A stretch of DNA of 64,000 nucleotides from Candidatus Eiseniibacteriota bacterium. Lineage in GTDB: Bacteria > Eisenbacteria > RBG-16-71-46. The notes beneath the pieces were generated by a model. The model did no database searches, was not told the DNA's origin, and was given only the letters and a program-made list of their open reading frames with translations. Position numbers and translations under genes: made by a program. Of this stretch, positions 39,862 through 50,985 are shown one piece after another. Where the stretch lies: contig OY970178.1 of NCBI GenBank assembly GCA_963707915.1, forward strand, positions 3,520,001-3,584,000. The letters are read 5' to 3'. Positions within the stretch are counted from its first letter, which is position 1, and every line of letters starts with the position of its first letter.

Positions 39862-41064
39862 CTACCCCACCAGCGCGGCGTGCAGCGCGCGCGCGGCGTC
39901 CTCCACGCGCCCGTTGGGCACGCGGAAGACGAGCGCGGTGGGGGAAACGCGGAGCGCCGCGATCGGCACGCCGGCGCGCTCGAGCGCGACCTCGGCCCGT
40001 GCGGCCTCCCGCGCCCCCAACCCCAGGCCCACCACCGACACGAACGCCGCGCCGTGCTCGACCCGCAGCACCCATTTCTCGTTCGGCCCGCGCAGGGCGG
40101 CGTGGAACTCCCTTTCCAGTGCCTCGACGTCTTCGCGCGAACCGGTCCAGGTCAGCGCGTGGTGCCCACCGGCCGCCGTTTCGTGGGACACCAGCTCCAG
40201 CTCGGGGTGCGCGTCCGCGACCGCCTCGAGCAGGCCGCGCGCCTCGCCGTGTCCGCCCACGCCGCCCTCGGCGACGGCGATCGAACAATCGCCGCGGTGC
40301 GCCACCGCCTCCACCCGGGGTCCTTCCATGTCGAACTCTCCGATCTCGGTGCCGGGCGACTCGTCGAACGACGAGCGCACCACGAGTGGCACGCGCTCGC
40401 GCGCCGCCAGGTCCACGCAGCGCGCGTGCAGGACCCGGCCGCCCAGGTGGGCCAGCGTCGAGCACACGCGGTAGTCGAGTCTCGGGATCACGCGCGCGCC
40501 GGGCACGGCGCGCGGGTCCGCGCGGTAGACGCCGGCGACGTCGGTGAAGATCTCGCAGCGCGCCCGGCCGAAGGCCGCGGCCAGCGCCGCGGCGGTGGTG
40601 TCCGAGCCGCCGCGCCCCAGCGTGGTGATCTCCTTCGTCTGGGGATTCACGCCCTGGAAGCCGGCGACGATGACGACCTTGCCCTGCTCGAGCTCGCGGC
40701 GCAGCCGCTCGGGACGAACGTCGGTGATGCGTGCCGCCCCGTGCCCGGCGTCGGTGAGGATGCCGCTCTGCGAACCGGTGAAGGAGATGGCCGGCACGCC
40801 CAGGTCCCCGAGCGCCATGGCGAGCAGGGCCATGCTGACGCGCTCGCCGGTGGTGAGGAGCATGTCCAGCTCGCGCCGGTTGGGGCTGGCGGAGACCTCG
40901 TGCGCGAGCCGCAGCAGCTCGTCGGTGGTCTGGCCCATGGCCGAGACGACCACGAGCACGTCGTTGCCCGCCGCGCGGGCCTCGGCGACGCGCCGGGCCA
41001 CCGCGCGGATGCGCTCGGGGCCCTCGACCGATGTGCCACCGTACTTCTGGACCAGGACGGCCAT
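39862..41064 (-). CDS. lysC: Aspartate kinase
   Basis: [45 protein letters not shown]; divergent C-terminal ACT region. Confidence 0.9.
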   Translation of the reverse strand: MAVLVQKYGGTSVEGPERIRAVARRVAEARAAGNDVLVVVSAMGQTTDELLRLAHEVSASPNRRELDMLLTTGERVSMALLAMALGDLGVPAISFTGSQSGILTDAGHGAARITDVRPERLRRELEQGKVVIVAGFQGVNPQTKEITTLGRGGSDTTAAALAAAFGRARCEIFTDVAGVYRADPRAVPGARVIPRLDYRVCSTLAHLGGRVLHARCVDLAARERVPLVVRSSFDESPGTEIGEFDMEGPRVEAVAHRGDCSIAVAEGGVGGHGEARGLLEAVADAHPELELVSHETAAGGHHALTWTGSREDVEALEREFHAALRGPNEKWVLRVEHGAAFVSVVGLGLGAREAARAEVALERAGVPIAALRVSPTALVFRVPNGRVEDAARALHAALVG

Positions 41065-41323
41065 GGGGGGAGTTATAAGCGTTCGCGAGCCGGAGTGCAT
41101 CTCGGGGCGCGCAGTGCAGGGCGCAGCGATGGCCAGCGAGCCATCGGGATCCTCGACGCGGGGCCCGGGCGTGAGGGTGGGCAAGCGCACGGTGCCTCCG
41201 ATTGCCCACCCTCACGCCCGGGCCCGGCAGCCCGCGGGTTGCGCCCGCGGCCCCCCATCGCAGGTCCGGTCCCCGCGATCCTCGATCGCCCGAACCCCGC
41301 GTCCCGTGCGTGGCCGCCCCGCC

Positions 41324-41353
41324 TTGACGTTGCCGCGCCCGGCTGGCTAGAAT
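41324..41353 (+). promoter_or_regulatory. tRNA promoter
   Basis: TTGACG-N18-TAGAAT, 23 nt upstream of the tRNA. Confidence 0.7.
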
Positions 41354-41376
41354 GCTCCGCTCTTGAACGTCTTCGA

Positions 41377-41453
41377 GCGGAAGTAGCTCAGCCCGGTAGA
41401 GCGCCACCTTGCCAAGGTGGATGTCGCGGGTTCGAATCCCGTCTTCCGCTCCA
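41377..41453 (+). tRNA. tRNA-Gly (GCC)
   Basis: GCGGAAG/CTTCCGC acceptor stem, CCACC-TTGCCAA-GGTGG anticodon arm, GGTTCGAATCC T-loop, encoded CCA. Confidence 0.97.
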
Positions 41454-41570
41454 TTCTCGTCGCGGGGCCAGCCGAGGCTCCGGTCTCTGGGCGCGAGCCC
41501 CCGTGTCCGACCGCGGGGCGCGCACCGGGGCCTGGCTCGGCGGGCCCCGTGGCTCTTCCGGGAGTCTCCC

Positions 41571-42257
41571 ATGGCCCCCCGCCGCACGACGAAGCCGGCC
41601 GCCAGGCGGCCGAAGCCCGCGGTCGCCCGCCCGGCCCCGGAGCCGAAGGCCGTGCAGCGGGCGGTCGCGCAGCTCATCCGCGCGCTGGGTCTGGACCCGG
41701 CCACCGAGCCCGAGCTGCTGGCCACCCCGGAGCGCGTCGCCGGCCTCTACGCCGAGATCTTCGCGGGGCTCCTCCCGGGCGCCGAGCCCCGCCCCGCGAC
41801 CTTCTCCGCCACGGGCGCGGGCCGCCGAACGGGGAAGCGCGGGGAGGACCTGGTCATCGTGCGTGACCTGCCCTTCTACTCGCTGTGCGTGCACCACTTC
41901 GTGCCCTTCTTCGGCCACGCGCACGTCGCCTACCTGCCCGGGAAGCGCCTGATCGGGCTCTCGGGGGTCGCGCGCATCCTCGAGTTCTACGCGCGCCGGC
42001 CGCAGCTGCAGGAGCGCCTCACCGCCCAGGTCGCGGACCACCTCGTCCGGCTGCTCGAGCCCCGCGGTGTGGTGGTCGTCCTCGAGGCCCGGCACCTGTG
42101 CATGGAGATGCGCGGCGTGCGCAAGACCGGCTGCTTCGAGACGCGCGCCCTGCGCGGCGAGCTGGCGCAGCCCGAGTGGTCGGGCGTGTTCGCGGCGGAA
42201 CGAGCGAAGCGGCGCCCCGGCGCGGGGGCGCGCCTGCGGCGCGGGGCCGCGCGGTGA
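41571..42257 (+). CDS. folE: GTP cyclohydrolase I
   Basis: TPERVA, FYSLCVHHFVPFFG.AHVAY.P, GLS, RPQLQERLT, HLCMEMRG. Confidence 0.9.
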   Translation: MAPRRTTKPAARRPKPAVARPAPEPKAVQRAVAQLIRALGLDPATEPELLATPERVAGLYAEIFAGLLPGAEPRPATFSATGAGRRTGKRGEDLVIVRDLPFYSLCVHHFVPFFGHAHVAYLPGKRLIGLSGVARILEFYARRPQLQERLTAQVADHLVRLLEPRGVVVVLEARHLCMEMRGVRKTGCFETRALRGELAQPEWSGVFAAERAKRRPGAGARLRRGAAR

Positions 42258-42976
42258 GCGGTGCGGGCGTCGACTTCCACGGCATCTACCAGCGCCACGC
42301 CGACGAATACGACGAGCTGGTCGCCGCCGAGGACTGTGACGGCCACCTGCTTCCCGCGCTCCAGTCGATCGTGCCGCTGGCCGGGGCCGCCGTCCTCGAG
42401 GTAGGTGCCGGCACCGGGCGCGTGACCCGGCTCCTGCTCGAGGCCGGGGCGCAGGTCGTGGCGAGCGAGCCCGCGCCGGCCATGCTGGCGGTGGCCCGGC
42501 GTCATACCGCCGGGCATCCGGCCGCACGCTGCGCGCTGCTCGGCGCGGATGCGCTGGCGTTGCCGGTGCGGGCGGGCTGGGCGGACGCGGCGATCGCCGG
42601 GTGGGCCCTCGGGCACCTGCGCTCGTGGCGTGCGGACGCCTGGCGCGAGGCCATCGCGCGGGCTCTCGCGGAGATGGACCACGCGCTGCGTCCCGGGGGT
42701 GCGCTCATCGTGATCGAGACGCTGGGCACCGGGGCGGAGCGGCCCGGCCCGCCGGGCCCCGAGCTGGCGGAGTACTATGCCTGGCTCGAGGGCGAACAGG
42801 GGATGGAGCGCCTGGCCCTCCGCACCGACTACCGCTTCGCCGACCCGGAGACGGCGGCGCGGGCGACGGGGTTCTTCTTCGGCGCGGAGTTCGCGGCGCG
42901 CGTGCGGCGCGAGGGCTGGTCGCGCATCCCCGAGTGCACCGGACTGTGGTGGCGGCGCAAGGCCGGCGGCGATTGA
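42254..42976 (+). CDS. Class I SAM-dependent methyltransferase
   Basis: VLEVGAGTG motif I, LRPGG..IVIETLGTG. Confidence 0.85.
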   Translation: MSGAGVDFHGIYQRHADEYDELVAAEDCDGHLLPALQSIVPLAGAAVLEVGAGTGRVTRLLLEAGAQVVASEPAPAMLAVARRHTAGHPAARCALLGADALALPVRAGWADAAIAGWALGHLRSWRADAWREAIARALAEMDHALRPGGALIVIETLGTGAERPGPPGPELAEYYAWLEGEQGMERLALRTDYRFADPETAARATGFFFGAEFAARVRREGWSRIPECTGLWWRRKAGGD

Positions 42977-43010
42977 AGCGGACGACGGACCCACACCGGG
43001 AGAACACTCC

Positions 43011-44015
43011 ATGACGCTGGCTGTCCGTCCGCTCGGAGCGAGCGGGATGCGCATCACCGCCGTCGGCCTCGGCGCCTGGGCCATCGGCGGCGGGGGATGG
43101 GCCTACGGCTGGGGGCCGCAGGACGACGACGCTTCGCTCGCCACCATGAGGCACGCGCTCGAGCGGGGCATCAACTGGATCGACACCGCCGCGATCTACG
43201 GGCTCGGGCACTCGGAAGAGGTCGTGGGCCGCTTCCTGCGCGGGTTGCCGCCGGCCGAGCGGCCGCTGGTCTTCACCAAGTGCGGGCTGGCGTGGGACCC
43301 GCGGGACCCGATGGCGGAGCCCAGGCGCACGCTGGAGCCCGCGTCCATCCGTGCCGAGTGCGAGGCGTCCCTGCGCCGGCTCGGGGTCGAGCGCATCGAC
43401 CTGTACCAGTTCCACTGGCCCGACGACACCGGCACGGCGGTCGAGGACTCCTGGGCCGAGATGCTGAGGCTGGTCGACCAGGGCAAGGTGCGCTCGCCGG
43501 CCGTCTGCAACTTCGACCTGGCGCTGCTCGGCCGCTGCGAGGCCCTGCGGCACGTGGACTCGCTGCAGCCGGGGTTCTCGATGATCCGCCGCAACGTGGC
43601 CGCGCGGGAGATCCCCTGGTGCGCCCGGCACCAGACCGGGGTGATCGTCTACAGCCCGATGCACTCGGGGTTGCTGACGGAGGGCTTCGACGCGAAGCGC
43701 GTCGCCGCGATGGCGGACGACGACTGGCGCCGGCGCGCGCCCGACTTCCGTCCACCCAAGCTGGAGCGCAACCTCGCGCTGCGGGACGCGCTGCGGCCGG
43801 TCGCGGTGCGCTACGAGACCACGGTCGCCGCCGTGGCCGTGGCGTGGACCCTCGCCTGGCCGGGCGTGAGCGGCGCCATCGTCGGTGCGCGCGCGCCGGA
43901 GCAGGTCGACGGCTGGCTGCGGGCGGCGAGCCTCGATCTGACGGTGGGCGACCTCGACGAGATCGCCGCGGCCATCTCCGCGACCGGCGCGGGCTCGGGG
44001 CCGGTGCGGCCCTGA
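43011..44015 (+). CDS. Aldo/keto reductase
   Basis: GLGAWAIGG, IDTAAIYG.GHSE, FTKCG, IDLYQFHWPD. Confidence 0.92.
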   Translation: MTLAVRPLGASGMRITAVGLGAWAIGGGGWAYGWGPQDDDASLATMRHALERGINWIDTAAIYGLGHSEEVVGRFLRGLPPAERPLVFTKCGLAWDPRDPMAEPRRTLEPASIRAECEASLRRLGVERIDLYQFHWPDDTGTAVEDSWAEMLRLVDQGKVRSPAVCNFDLALLGRCEALRHVDSLQPGFSMIRRNVAAREIPWCARHQTGVIVYSPMHSGLLTEGFDAKRVAAMADDDWRRRAPDFRPPKLERNLALRDALRPVAVRYETTVAAVAVAWTLAWPGVSGAIVGARAPEQVDGWLRAASLDLTVGDLDEIAAAISATGAGSGPVRP

Positions 44016-44090
44016 GCGGGAACGCGGCGCCGGCGACCGGGAACGCGTGATCGCGCCGCATCGGGGGCGGCCCCGCCGGGGCCGCCTCGC

Positions 44091-44861
44091 TCATTCGGGC
44101 GGCAGCGAGACTCCCGGCGGCAGCTTCATGCCCAGGTGCTGGCCGCCGTCGAGCACGATCATCTGCCCGGTGAGGGCGGGCGCCGCCAGGATGAACCGCA
44201 CCGCGTCGCAGATCTCCGCGGGGTTCGTGCCGCGCTTGAGCGGCGTCATCTCGCACTGGCGGGCGAAATCGGCCTCGGTCTGGCGCGGGCTCTTGAGCGC
44301 CGGGCCCGGGCCGATGGCGTTCACGCGGATCCGCGGGGCCAGCGCCAGCGCCAGCGAGCGGGTCAGCGTCCACAGCCCGGTCTTGCTCACCGTGTACGAG
44401 ACGAAGTAGGGCGTCAGGTTCCAGACCCGCTGGTCGAGCAGGTTGATGACGTTGCCCGCCGCGCCCTCGGGCAACTGGCGCGCGAACGCCTGGGTGAGCA
44501 GGAACGGCGCGCGCAGGTTGGTCTCGAGGTGCGCGTCCCACGAGGCGCGAGTGACGGTGTCGGCCAGGTCCAGCTCGAAGGTCGAGGCGTTGTTGACCAG
44601 GCAGGTGAGCGGCCCGAGGGCCGCGGCGGCCCGCGGCACCAGCGTCTCGGTCTCCGCTTCGTGGGATAGGTCGGCCCGGACCAGCGCCGCGCGGCCGCCG
44701 CCCTGCTCGACCAGGCCGACGACCTCGCGCGCCTCCGCCTCGGAACGGCTGCAATGCACGGCCACGGACCAGCCGTGGCGGGCGAGGTCCAGCGCGATGG
44801 CGCGGCCGATGCGCCGCGCCGCGCCGGTGACGAGCGCGGTCTTCAGGGGCTCGGGACTCAT
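44091..44861 (-). CDS. SDR oxidoreductase, pteridine reductase/FolM-like
   Basis: TGAARRIG, NNAS, DQRV, YTVSK, RVNAIGPG, DGG. Confidence 0.85.
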   Translation of the reverse strand: MSPEPLKTALVTGAARRIGRAIALDLARHGWSVAVHCSRSEAEAREVVGLVEQGGGRAALVRADLSHEAETETLVPRAAAALGPLTCLVNNASTFELDLADTVTRASWDAHLETNLRAPFLLTQAFARQLPEGAAGNVINLLDQRVWNLTPYFVSYTVSKTGLWTLTRSLALALAPRIRVNAIGPGPALKSPRQTEADFARQCEMTPLKRGTNPAEICDAVRFILAAPALTGQMIVLDGGQHLGMKLPPGVSLPPE

Positions 44862-44969
44862 GCCCGGCCATGATGCGGGAGGACGCCGGGTGGTTCAAGC
44901 GCAGCTTTCCGGTGACCTCGCCGGCCGCTTCGGCGATACTCGCGGCCGACCCCAGCCCCGGAGGAGCCC

Positions 44970-46625
44970 ATGGCCCGAGCCGCGAAGCCATCACCCGGTG
45001 CGCCGTTCACGAACTACCGCCTCTACCGCGCGCGCGAGGTGCCGCGCACCTATCTCGTGGTCTCGACCTACTTCGACCACGAGCGCCGCCCCGAGGTGCC
45101 CGACCCGGAGGCCTTCGAGGAACGGGGCGCGATGCAGGCGCTGCTCGCCGACCTGGCGGCCGCGCGGCGGCCGCGCCGGGGCGGGCCGGCCGCGGCGCCG
45201 GCACCGCTCGGCCGGGCGCCGGTGACGCTGCGCACCCACGGTTTCAACGCCCGGCTCCGCGACTTCGCGCGCGATCTGCTGGGCGAGGCGACCGCCCCGT
45301 CCCGGGAGACCCTGCGCCCGGGGGGCCGCGTGTCGATCGGCTACCGCTGGCCCAGCGAGGGCGTGTTTTCGGCGGGGTCGCTGCGCGACACCGCACAGGC
45401 GCTGTTCTTCACCGCGGCGGTGAGCGTGCTGCTGCTGCTCCTGCCCCTGCTGGCGCTCTCGCCGACCGGGCGCGACGCGCTGGCGGGCGGCGCGGCCTGG
45501 ACCCGGGCCTGGGTGCTGCGGGCGCTGTTCTGGCCCTACGCCTCGCGCGTGCTCGCCGCGGCGCTGCTCGGCGCGGGCGCCCTGCTGCTCCTGCTGCGGC
45601 TCTCCACCTACCTGCGGGACCGCACCCGCGCGCTCCAGCACGGGGTGCCCGACCTGTGCGAATTCGTGCGCGACCTGGAGATCGGGCTCGAGGCCACCGG
45701 CACGCGGGTGGCGCTCGACCTGGTAGGCCACAGCATGGGCTGCCTGGCCCTGGTCAACGCGGTGCGGGTGATGACCGAGTTCTTCCACCGGCCCGGCGCG
45801 GAGAGCCGCTTCCTCGGCTACGGTCGCGCCATCCGGCTGCGCACCCTGGTGCTCGCCGGGCCCGACATCCCGGCCGCGCTCGCGAGCCCCGAACGCAACA
45901 ACTACTTCCTCGCCTCGCTGCGGCGCTTCGCGGCGGTGCACGTGCTCTCGAGCGACCGCGACATCGTGCTCAAGTGGGCATCGACCCTGGTCAACTGGGC
46001 GAGCGAGCCGCGCCACGACATGGCGGGCCGCCACCTCGGCAACGTCTTTCTCGCCCGAGCGGGGAGCGTGCCGCAGGCGACCCCTCCCGCGCCGCGCGTC
46101 GGGCCCTTCCTGCCGGCCCTGCGCCCCCAGGTGCGCGCCTTCCCGGTGCTCGACCCGGTCGCGCCGCGGACCGGCCAGAGCCTGCTGGCCTGGGTCCACT
46201 TCCACGACTGCAGCGTGTGCCCCGGCCTCGCGGGTGGCGGCGGCCGGCCCGTGGTGCTGAGCGCCGGCGCGCTCGCCGCGGCCGCGGCGCTGCACCTCTG
46301 GCTGGGCCTCGACGCGACGCGCTGGGCGCTGGCGTGGGCCACGGTGCTCTTCGGCCTGGGCGCGCTGGCGCGGGGCGTGGCCGGCTGGCGTGACCGGTGG
46401 CGCCTCGGGCCGTTCCTCGGCGCGCTGGCCGACTGGCCCTCGATCGTCGGCTTCGGCCCGCGCTCGAACCCGCACGGGGGCTACTTCGTGCCCGGCAGCG
46501 AGCCGCGCCGCCTGATCGCGCTCATCCTGGCGCGGCCCGCGCGGCCGCCTGCGGCGGGGGAGATGCCCAAGCTGGTGCGCGCGGGTGCGCGGATCCGCAC
46601 CAGCGCGGTGGCGCTGGAAGTGTGA
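44970..46625 (+). CDS. Membrane-associated alpha/beta hydrolase (DUF900-like)
   Basis: HGFN, GYRWPS, GHSMG nucleophile elbow, GPDI, SDRD.VL, HGGYF; internal TM hairpins. Confidence 0.65.
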   Translation: MARAAKPSPGAPFTNYRLYRAREVPRTYLVVSTYFDHERRPEVPDPEAFEERGAMQALLADLAAARRPRRGGPAAAPAPLGRAPVTLRTHGFNARLRDFARDLLGEATAPSRETLRPGGRVSIGYRWPSEGVFSAGSLRDTAQALFFTAAVSVLLLLLPLLALSPTGRDALAGGAAWTRAWVLRALFWPYASRVLAAALLGAGALLLLLRLSTYLRDRTRALQHGVPDLCEFVRDLEIGLEATGTRVALDLVGHSMGCLALVNAVRVMTEFFHRPGAESRFLGYGRAIRLRTLVLAGPDIPAALASPERNNYFLASLRRFAAVHVLSSDRDIVLKWASTLVNWASEPRHDMAGRHLGNVFLARAGSVPQATPPAPRVGPFLPALRPQVRAFPVLDPVAPRTGQSLLAWVHFHDCSVCPGLAGGGGRPVVLSAGALAAAAALHLWLGLDATRWALAWATVLFGLGALARGVAGWRDRWRLGPFLGALADWPSIVGFGPRSNPHGGYFVPGSEPRRLIALILARPARPPAAGEMPKLVRAGARIRTSAVALEV

Positions 46626-46682
46626 GATCCGCCCGCGGACCCGGGGCGCCGGGGCCGCGGCCCGGGCGCCGGCCGGAAAGCG

Positions 46683-46716
46683 CGGGCCCCCGCACGCCGC
46701 GGCGCACGGGGGCCCG
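46683..46716. terminator. GC-rich hairpin between convergent genes
   Basis: CGGGCCCCCG...CGGGGGCCCG 10-bp inverted repeat, no U tract. Confidence 0.35.
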
Positions 46717-46730
46717 ACCATCCGGCGGGG

Positions 46731-47605
<875 letters not shown>

Positions 47606-47606
<1 letters not shown>

Positions 47607-48061
47607 CACTTGACCCTCCGTACGGTGAGCGTGACGCCATCGATGCCTTCGACCACCACCTCGGCCCCGGTCTCGAGCGCTCCCGGCTCGTCGGGCGCGG
47701 GGCGCGCGCGCCAGACCTCGCCGCGCAGGCTCACCTGCCCGGGCTGGTGGGCGGAGAGCGCCTGCGTGACCAGCGCGCGCTCGCCGATCAACGCGTCGGT
47801 GTTGCTGTGCAGGCCGGGGCGCTTGAGCCGGGCGCGCACCCAGCGGCGGCCGGCCACGATGTAGAGCACGCACAGCGCGCTCGCGGTCACGAACCCCGCC
47901 ACGGCGTTGCCGGTCAGCAGGCCGAGCGCGCCGCCCAGCACGAACGAAGAGCCGATCAGGACGAGGTCGAAGCCGGCGAAGCCGCCGAGCGCGGCCTCGA
48001 CCAGCACCATCACCGCGCCCATCACCACGAGCACCCAGTTCCAGTCCAGGTTCAGCGCCAT
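47606..48061 (-). CDS. NfeD-like (YbbJ) partner of the SPFH protein
   Basis: TM helices plus C-terminal OB fold (LIGERA, GQV...GEVWRA, G.TL.V). Confidence 0.85.
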
Positions 48062-48074
48062 CGTTCCCTCCGCG

Positions 48075-49469
48075 TCAGCGTGTCCGCGCGGCGCCCCGCA
48101 GGCGCGCCGTCTCGGCGTCGAGGTCGAGCCCCAGCAGCCCGGCGATCAGCCGGGCAACGTCGGTGTTCTCGTGCAGGCCGCGGAAGCGCTCGCTGCCGGG
48201 GCCGGAGGCGTAGAGGCCCACGTCCACGCCGGTGTGGCCGCCGGTGCTCCAGCCGACCCGCGCGCGCCGGCTCTCGATCTCGCTCAGCGCTCGCAGCAAC
48301 CCGTGGCGGCGCAGCGTGTCGGGCGCGGCGGCGGCGGCGAGCAGCGCCTCCCGCTCGTCGTCCGCGAGCGGGCTCACGCCCGTGCCGCGCTCCGCGACGG
48401 CGACCGGATCGCCCCCCTCCAGGATGTCGCCGGACATCCGCCAGACCGAGGCGCGGGCGGCCAGCAGCGACTCGGGGTGCATCACGTACGGGCTGGCGCG
48501 TCCGACGCGGCGGCCGAGCCCGAGCCCGCCGGTCTCGTGATCGGTCACCGACAGGACCAGCGTGCGCCCGTCGCGGCGGGCGAACTCGAGCGCGAGGCCG
48601 ACGGCCCGGTCGTAGGCCAGCACCTCGCGGGCCACCCCCGCCGGGTCGTCGTCGTGGCCGGCGTCGTCGATGCGGCCGCCCTCGACCAGCAGGAAGAAGC
48701 CGCCCGGCGAGGGCTGCAGCAGTTCGAGCGCCTTCGCGGTCATCTGGGCGAGCGAGGGCTCCCGCAACGTGTCGCGGTCGATCTCGAGGGCGATCTGGTC
48801 CAGGCCGATGCCGAAGAGACCGAGCAGGGGCAGGCGGCGGGCCGCCGCCAGCTCAGCCGGGGTGGTGACCACGGTGCCGCCGCGCGCGCGCTGCTCCGCC
48901 AGCAGGTCGCGGCCGTCGTGGCGCCGTCCGCCGGCGCCCTCCGGGCGCCAGCGCGACGCATCGCCGCCGAGCAGCACGTCCACGTGGTGCCCGAGCATCG
49001 CCACGGCGATCGAGTCCTGCAACGTGCGCTGGGCGACGTGCGCGACGAAGGCCGCGGGCGTGGCATCGGTCAGGTCGGCGGTGGTGACCAGCCCGGTCGC
49101 GAGGCCGCGGGTCGCCGCGGCCTCGACCAGCGTGCCCAGGGGCCGCGCGTCGGGGTCCACGCCGAGCATCCGGTTGCGGGTCTTCACGCCGGTGGCGAAG
49201 GCCGTGCCGGCCGCGGCCGAGTCGGTGACGTCGGAGTCGGCCGAGTAGGTCTGGACCGCGCCCACCAGCACGCTGTCGAGCGCGAGCGGACGTCCCGCCG
49301 CGCGGCGGGCGAGCGTGATCGCCGCCGGACCGGCGCCATCGGAGATCATCAGGATGACGTTGCGCGGCCGCGCGGTCCCGTCGGCGGGAACGGCCGCGCC
49401 GCACGCCGCGGTGGCTTCCAGCACCACCGCGAGCAGGACGAGCGGGACGAGCCGCCGGGTCGGGATCAT
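48075..49469 (-). CDS. Alkaline phosphatase (PhoA type)
   Basis: signal peptide, NVILMISDG, TDSAAAGTA (catalytic Ser), DATPAAF, VEGGRIDDAGH, TDHETGG, GHTG. Confidence 0.92.
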   Translation of the reverse strand: MIPTRRLVPLVLLAVVLEATAACGAAVPADGTARPRNVILMISDGAGPAAITLARRAAGRPLALDSVLVGAVQTYSADSDVTDSAAAGTAFATGVKTRNRMLGVDPDARPLGTLVEAAATRGLATGLVTTADLTDATPAAFVAHVAQRTLQDSIAVAMLGHHVDVLLGGDASRWRPEGAGGRRHDGRDLLAEQRARGGTVVTTPAELAAARRLPLLGLFGIGLDQIALEIDRDTLREPSLAQMTAKALELLQPSPGGFFLLVEGGRIDDAGHDDDPAGVAREVLAYDRAVGLALEFARRDGRTLVLSVTDHETGGLGLGRRVGRASPYVMHPESLLAARASVWRMSGDILEGGDPVAVAERGTGVSPLADDEREALLAAAAAPDTLRRHGLLRALSEIESRRARVGWSTGGHTGVDVGLYASGPGSERFRGLHENTDVARLIAGLLGLDLDAETARLRGAARTR

Positions 49470-49591
49470 CGCGCGGCAGCATACCTGCTCCGCGCGGCGC
49501 CGAAAACCCGGGCCGGCGCGCCCGGCCCGCCGGCGGGCGCCGTGCGGGACCGGGGTCCGGCTGTCGCCGCCCCGGGCGGTGGGGACGCCGG

Positions 49592-50806
49592 CTACCAGGT
49601 CCTCACGCAGCGACGCTGGCCGATCTGGATCTCGGGCGGCGCGGCCGGGTCGAGCGCCCACCTCAGGCGCGCGATGGCCTCCACCAGGTCCTGCCGAGCG
49701 CCGGCGTAGGAGAGCCGCAGGTGCCCCTCCATGCCGAACTCCCGGCCCGGCACGGTGACCAGCAGCGCCTTCTCCAGCAGGAACTGCGAGAGCCGCATCG
49801 AGTCGCCGTCGTGGGCGCGGAGGTCGGGCAGGCAGTAGAACGTGCCGTCGGGTCTCGCGCACTTCACCCCGGGGATCGACGCCAGCCCCTGCATCACCAG
49901 GTCGCGGTGCTCCTGCATCGTGCGCCGCAGCGTCTCGACCACGCCCTGGTCGCCGTTCAGCGCGCCCTCGGCGCCCGCTTGCAGCACGGTGGAGCTGCAG
50001 GTCGTGGTCTGGCTCTGGATGTTGGTCATGACGGCCACCAGCTCGCGGCTGGCGACGGCCCAGCCGATGCGGAAGCCGGTCATGCCGTAGGTCTTCGCCA
50101 CGCCGTTGACGAGCACGACCTTCGAGTGCTCCACGTCGCGCGTGGTGTAGCGCCAGGCCGGCACGGCCTGGCGGCCGTCGAAGACCAGCTTGTGGTAGAT
50201 GTCGTCCATCAGCAGGTGGATGCCCCGGCCCTCGCAGAGCTCCACCAGCCCCTGGATGAAGCCCTCGTCGTACATCACCCCGGAGGGGTTGTTCGGGCTG
50301 TTGCAGAGGACCGCCTTGGTGCGGGGGCTGAGCGCGCGCTCGACCTCGGCGAGGCCCGGGCGGAAGCCGCCGTCCGCCGCCGCGACGACCACCGGGACGC
50401 CGCGGCACATGCGCGTGATCTCCGGGTAGCTCACCCAGTAGGGCGCCAGCAGGACGACCTCGTCCTGCGGGTCGAGCAGCGCGTAGAGCAGGTTGAACAG
50501 CGACTGCTTGGCGCCCGAGGAGACGATGACGTTCTCGGGCGCCACCCGGCGGCCGTAGTTCGCCTCGGTGTAGCGGAGGATGGCCTGCTTGAGCCCGGGG
50601 GTACCGTCGGTCGAGGCGTACTTGACGTCGCCCTGGTTCAGCACCGCCGCGGCCCCGGCGATGGCGGCCTCGGGCGTCTTGTTCTTGGGTTCGCCGATGC
50701 CGAGGTTGATCACGGCTTCGCCCTTCGCCCGCAGGACGCGGGCCTCCTCGCTCAGCTTGAGGGTGGGCGACTCGGCGATGGACGAGGCGAGCTGGCTGAG
50801 GCCCAT
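49592..50806 (-). CDS. PLP-dependent aminotransferase class I/II (aspartate aminotransferase-like)
   Basis: GAKQSL, PYWVSY, NSPNNPSG, DDIY, AKTYGMTGFRIG. Confidence 0.92.
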   Translation of the reverse strand: MGLSQLASSIAESPTLKLSEEARVLRAKGEAVINLGIGEPKNKTPEAAIAGAAAVLNQGDVKYASTDGTPGLKQAILRYTEANYGRRVAPENVIVSSGAKQSLFNLLYALLDPQDEVVLLAPYWVSYPEITRMCRGVPVVVAAADGGFRPGLAEVERALSPRTKAVLCNSPNNPSGVMYDEGFIQGLVELCEGRGIHLLMDDIYHKLVFDGRQAVPAWRYTTRDVEHSKVVLVNGVAKTYGMTGFRIGWAVASRELVAVMTNIQSQTTTCSSTVLQAGAEGALNGDQGVVETLRRTMQEHRDLVMQGLASIPGVKCARPDGTFYCLPDLRAHDGDSMRLSQFLLEKALLVTVPGREFGMEGHLRLSYAGARQDLVEAIARLRWALDPAAPPEIQIGQRRCVRTW

Positions 50807-50866
50807 CGGGTGTTGACCTCCTGGGAGCGGACGCGGCGACTCCACCGCAGGAAAGGCGATCACCGC

Positions 50867-50896
50867 AGTATAGGCACCGCCTTCCGCGGCGGACAA
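50867..50896 (-). promoter_or_regulatory. Putative promoter of the aminotransferase/phosphatase genes
   Basis: minus strand TTGTCC-N18-TATACT. Confidence 0.55.
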
Positions 50897-50985
50897 GCGT
50901 CCGCATGGCACGGTGCGCGCTCCGTCCGCCGAATTTCGTTCGGTCCGCGCGGTGCCCGCGCCGCGCGCGAGGGCGGACCGGGGGA

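Noticed and set aside
41377..46625. tRNA-Gly as the integration site of an island
   Set aside because: No integrase and no duplicated tRNA 3' end seen; downstream genes look host-like
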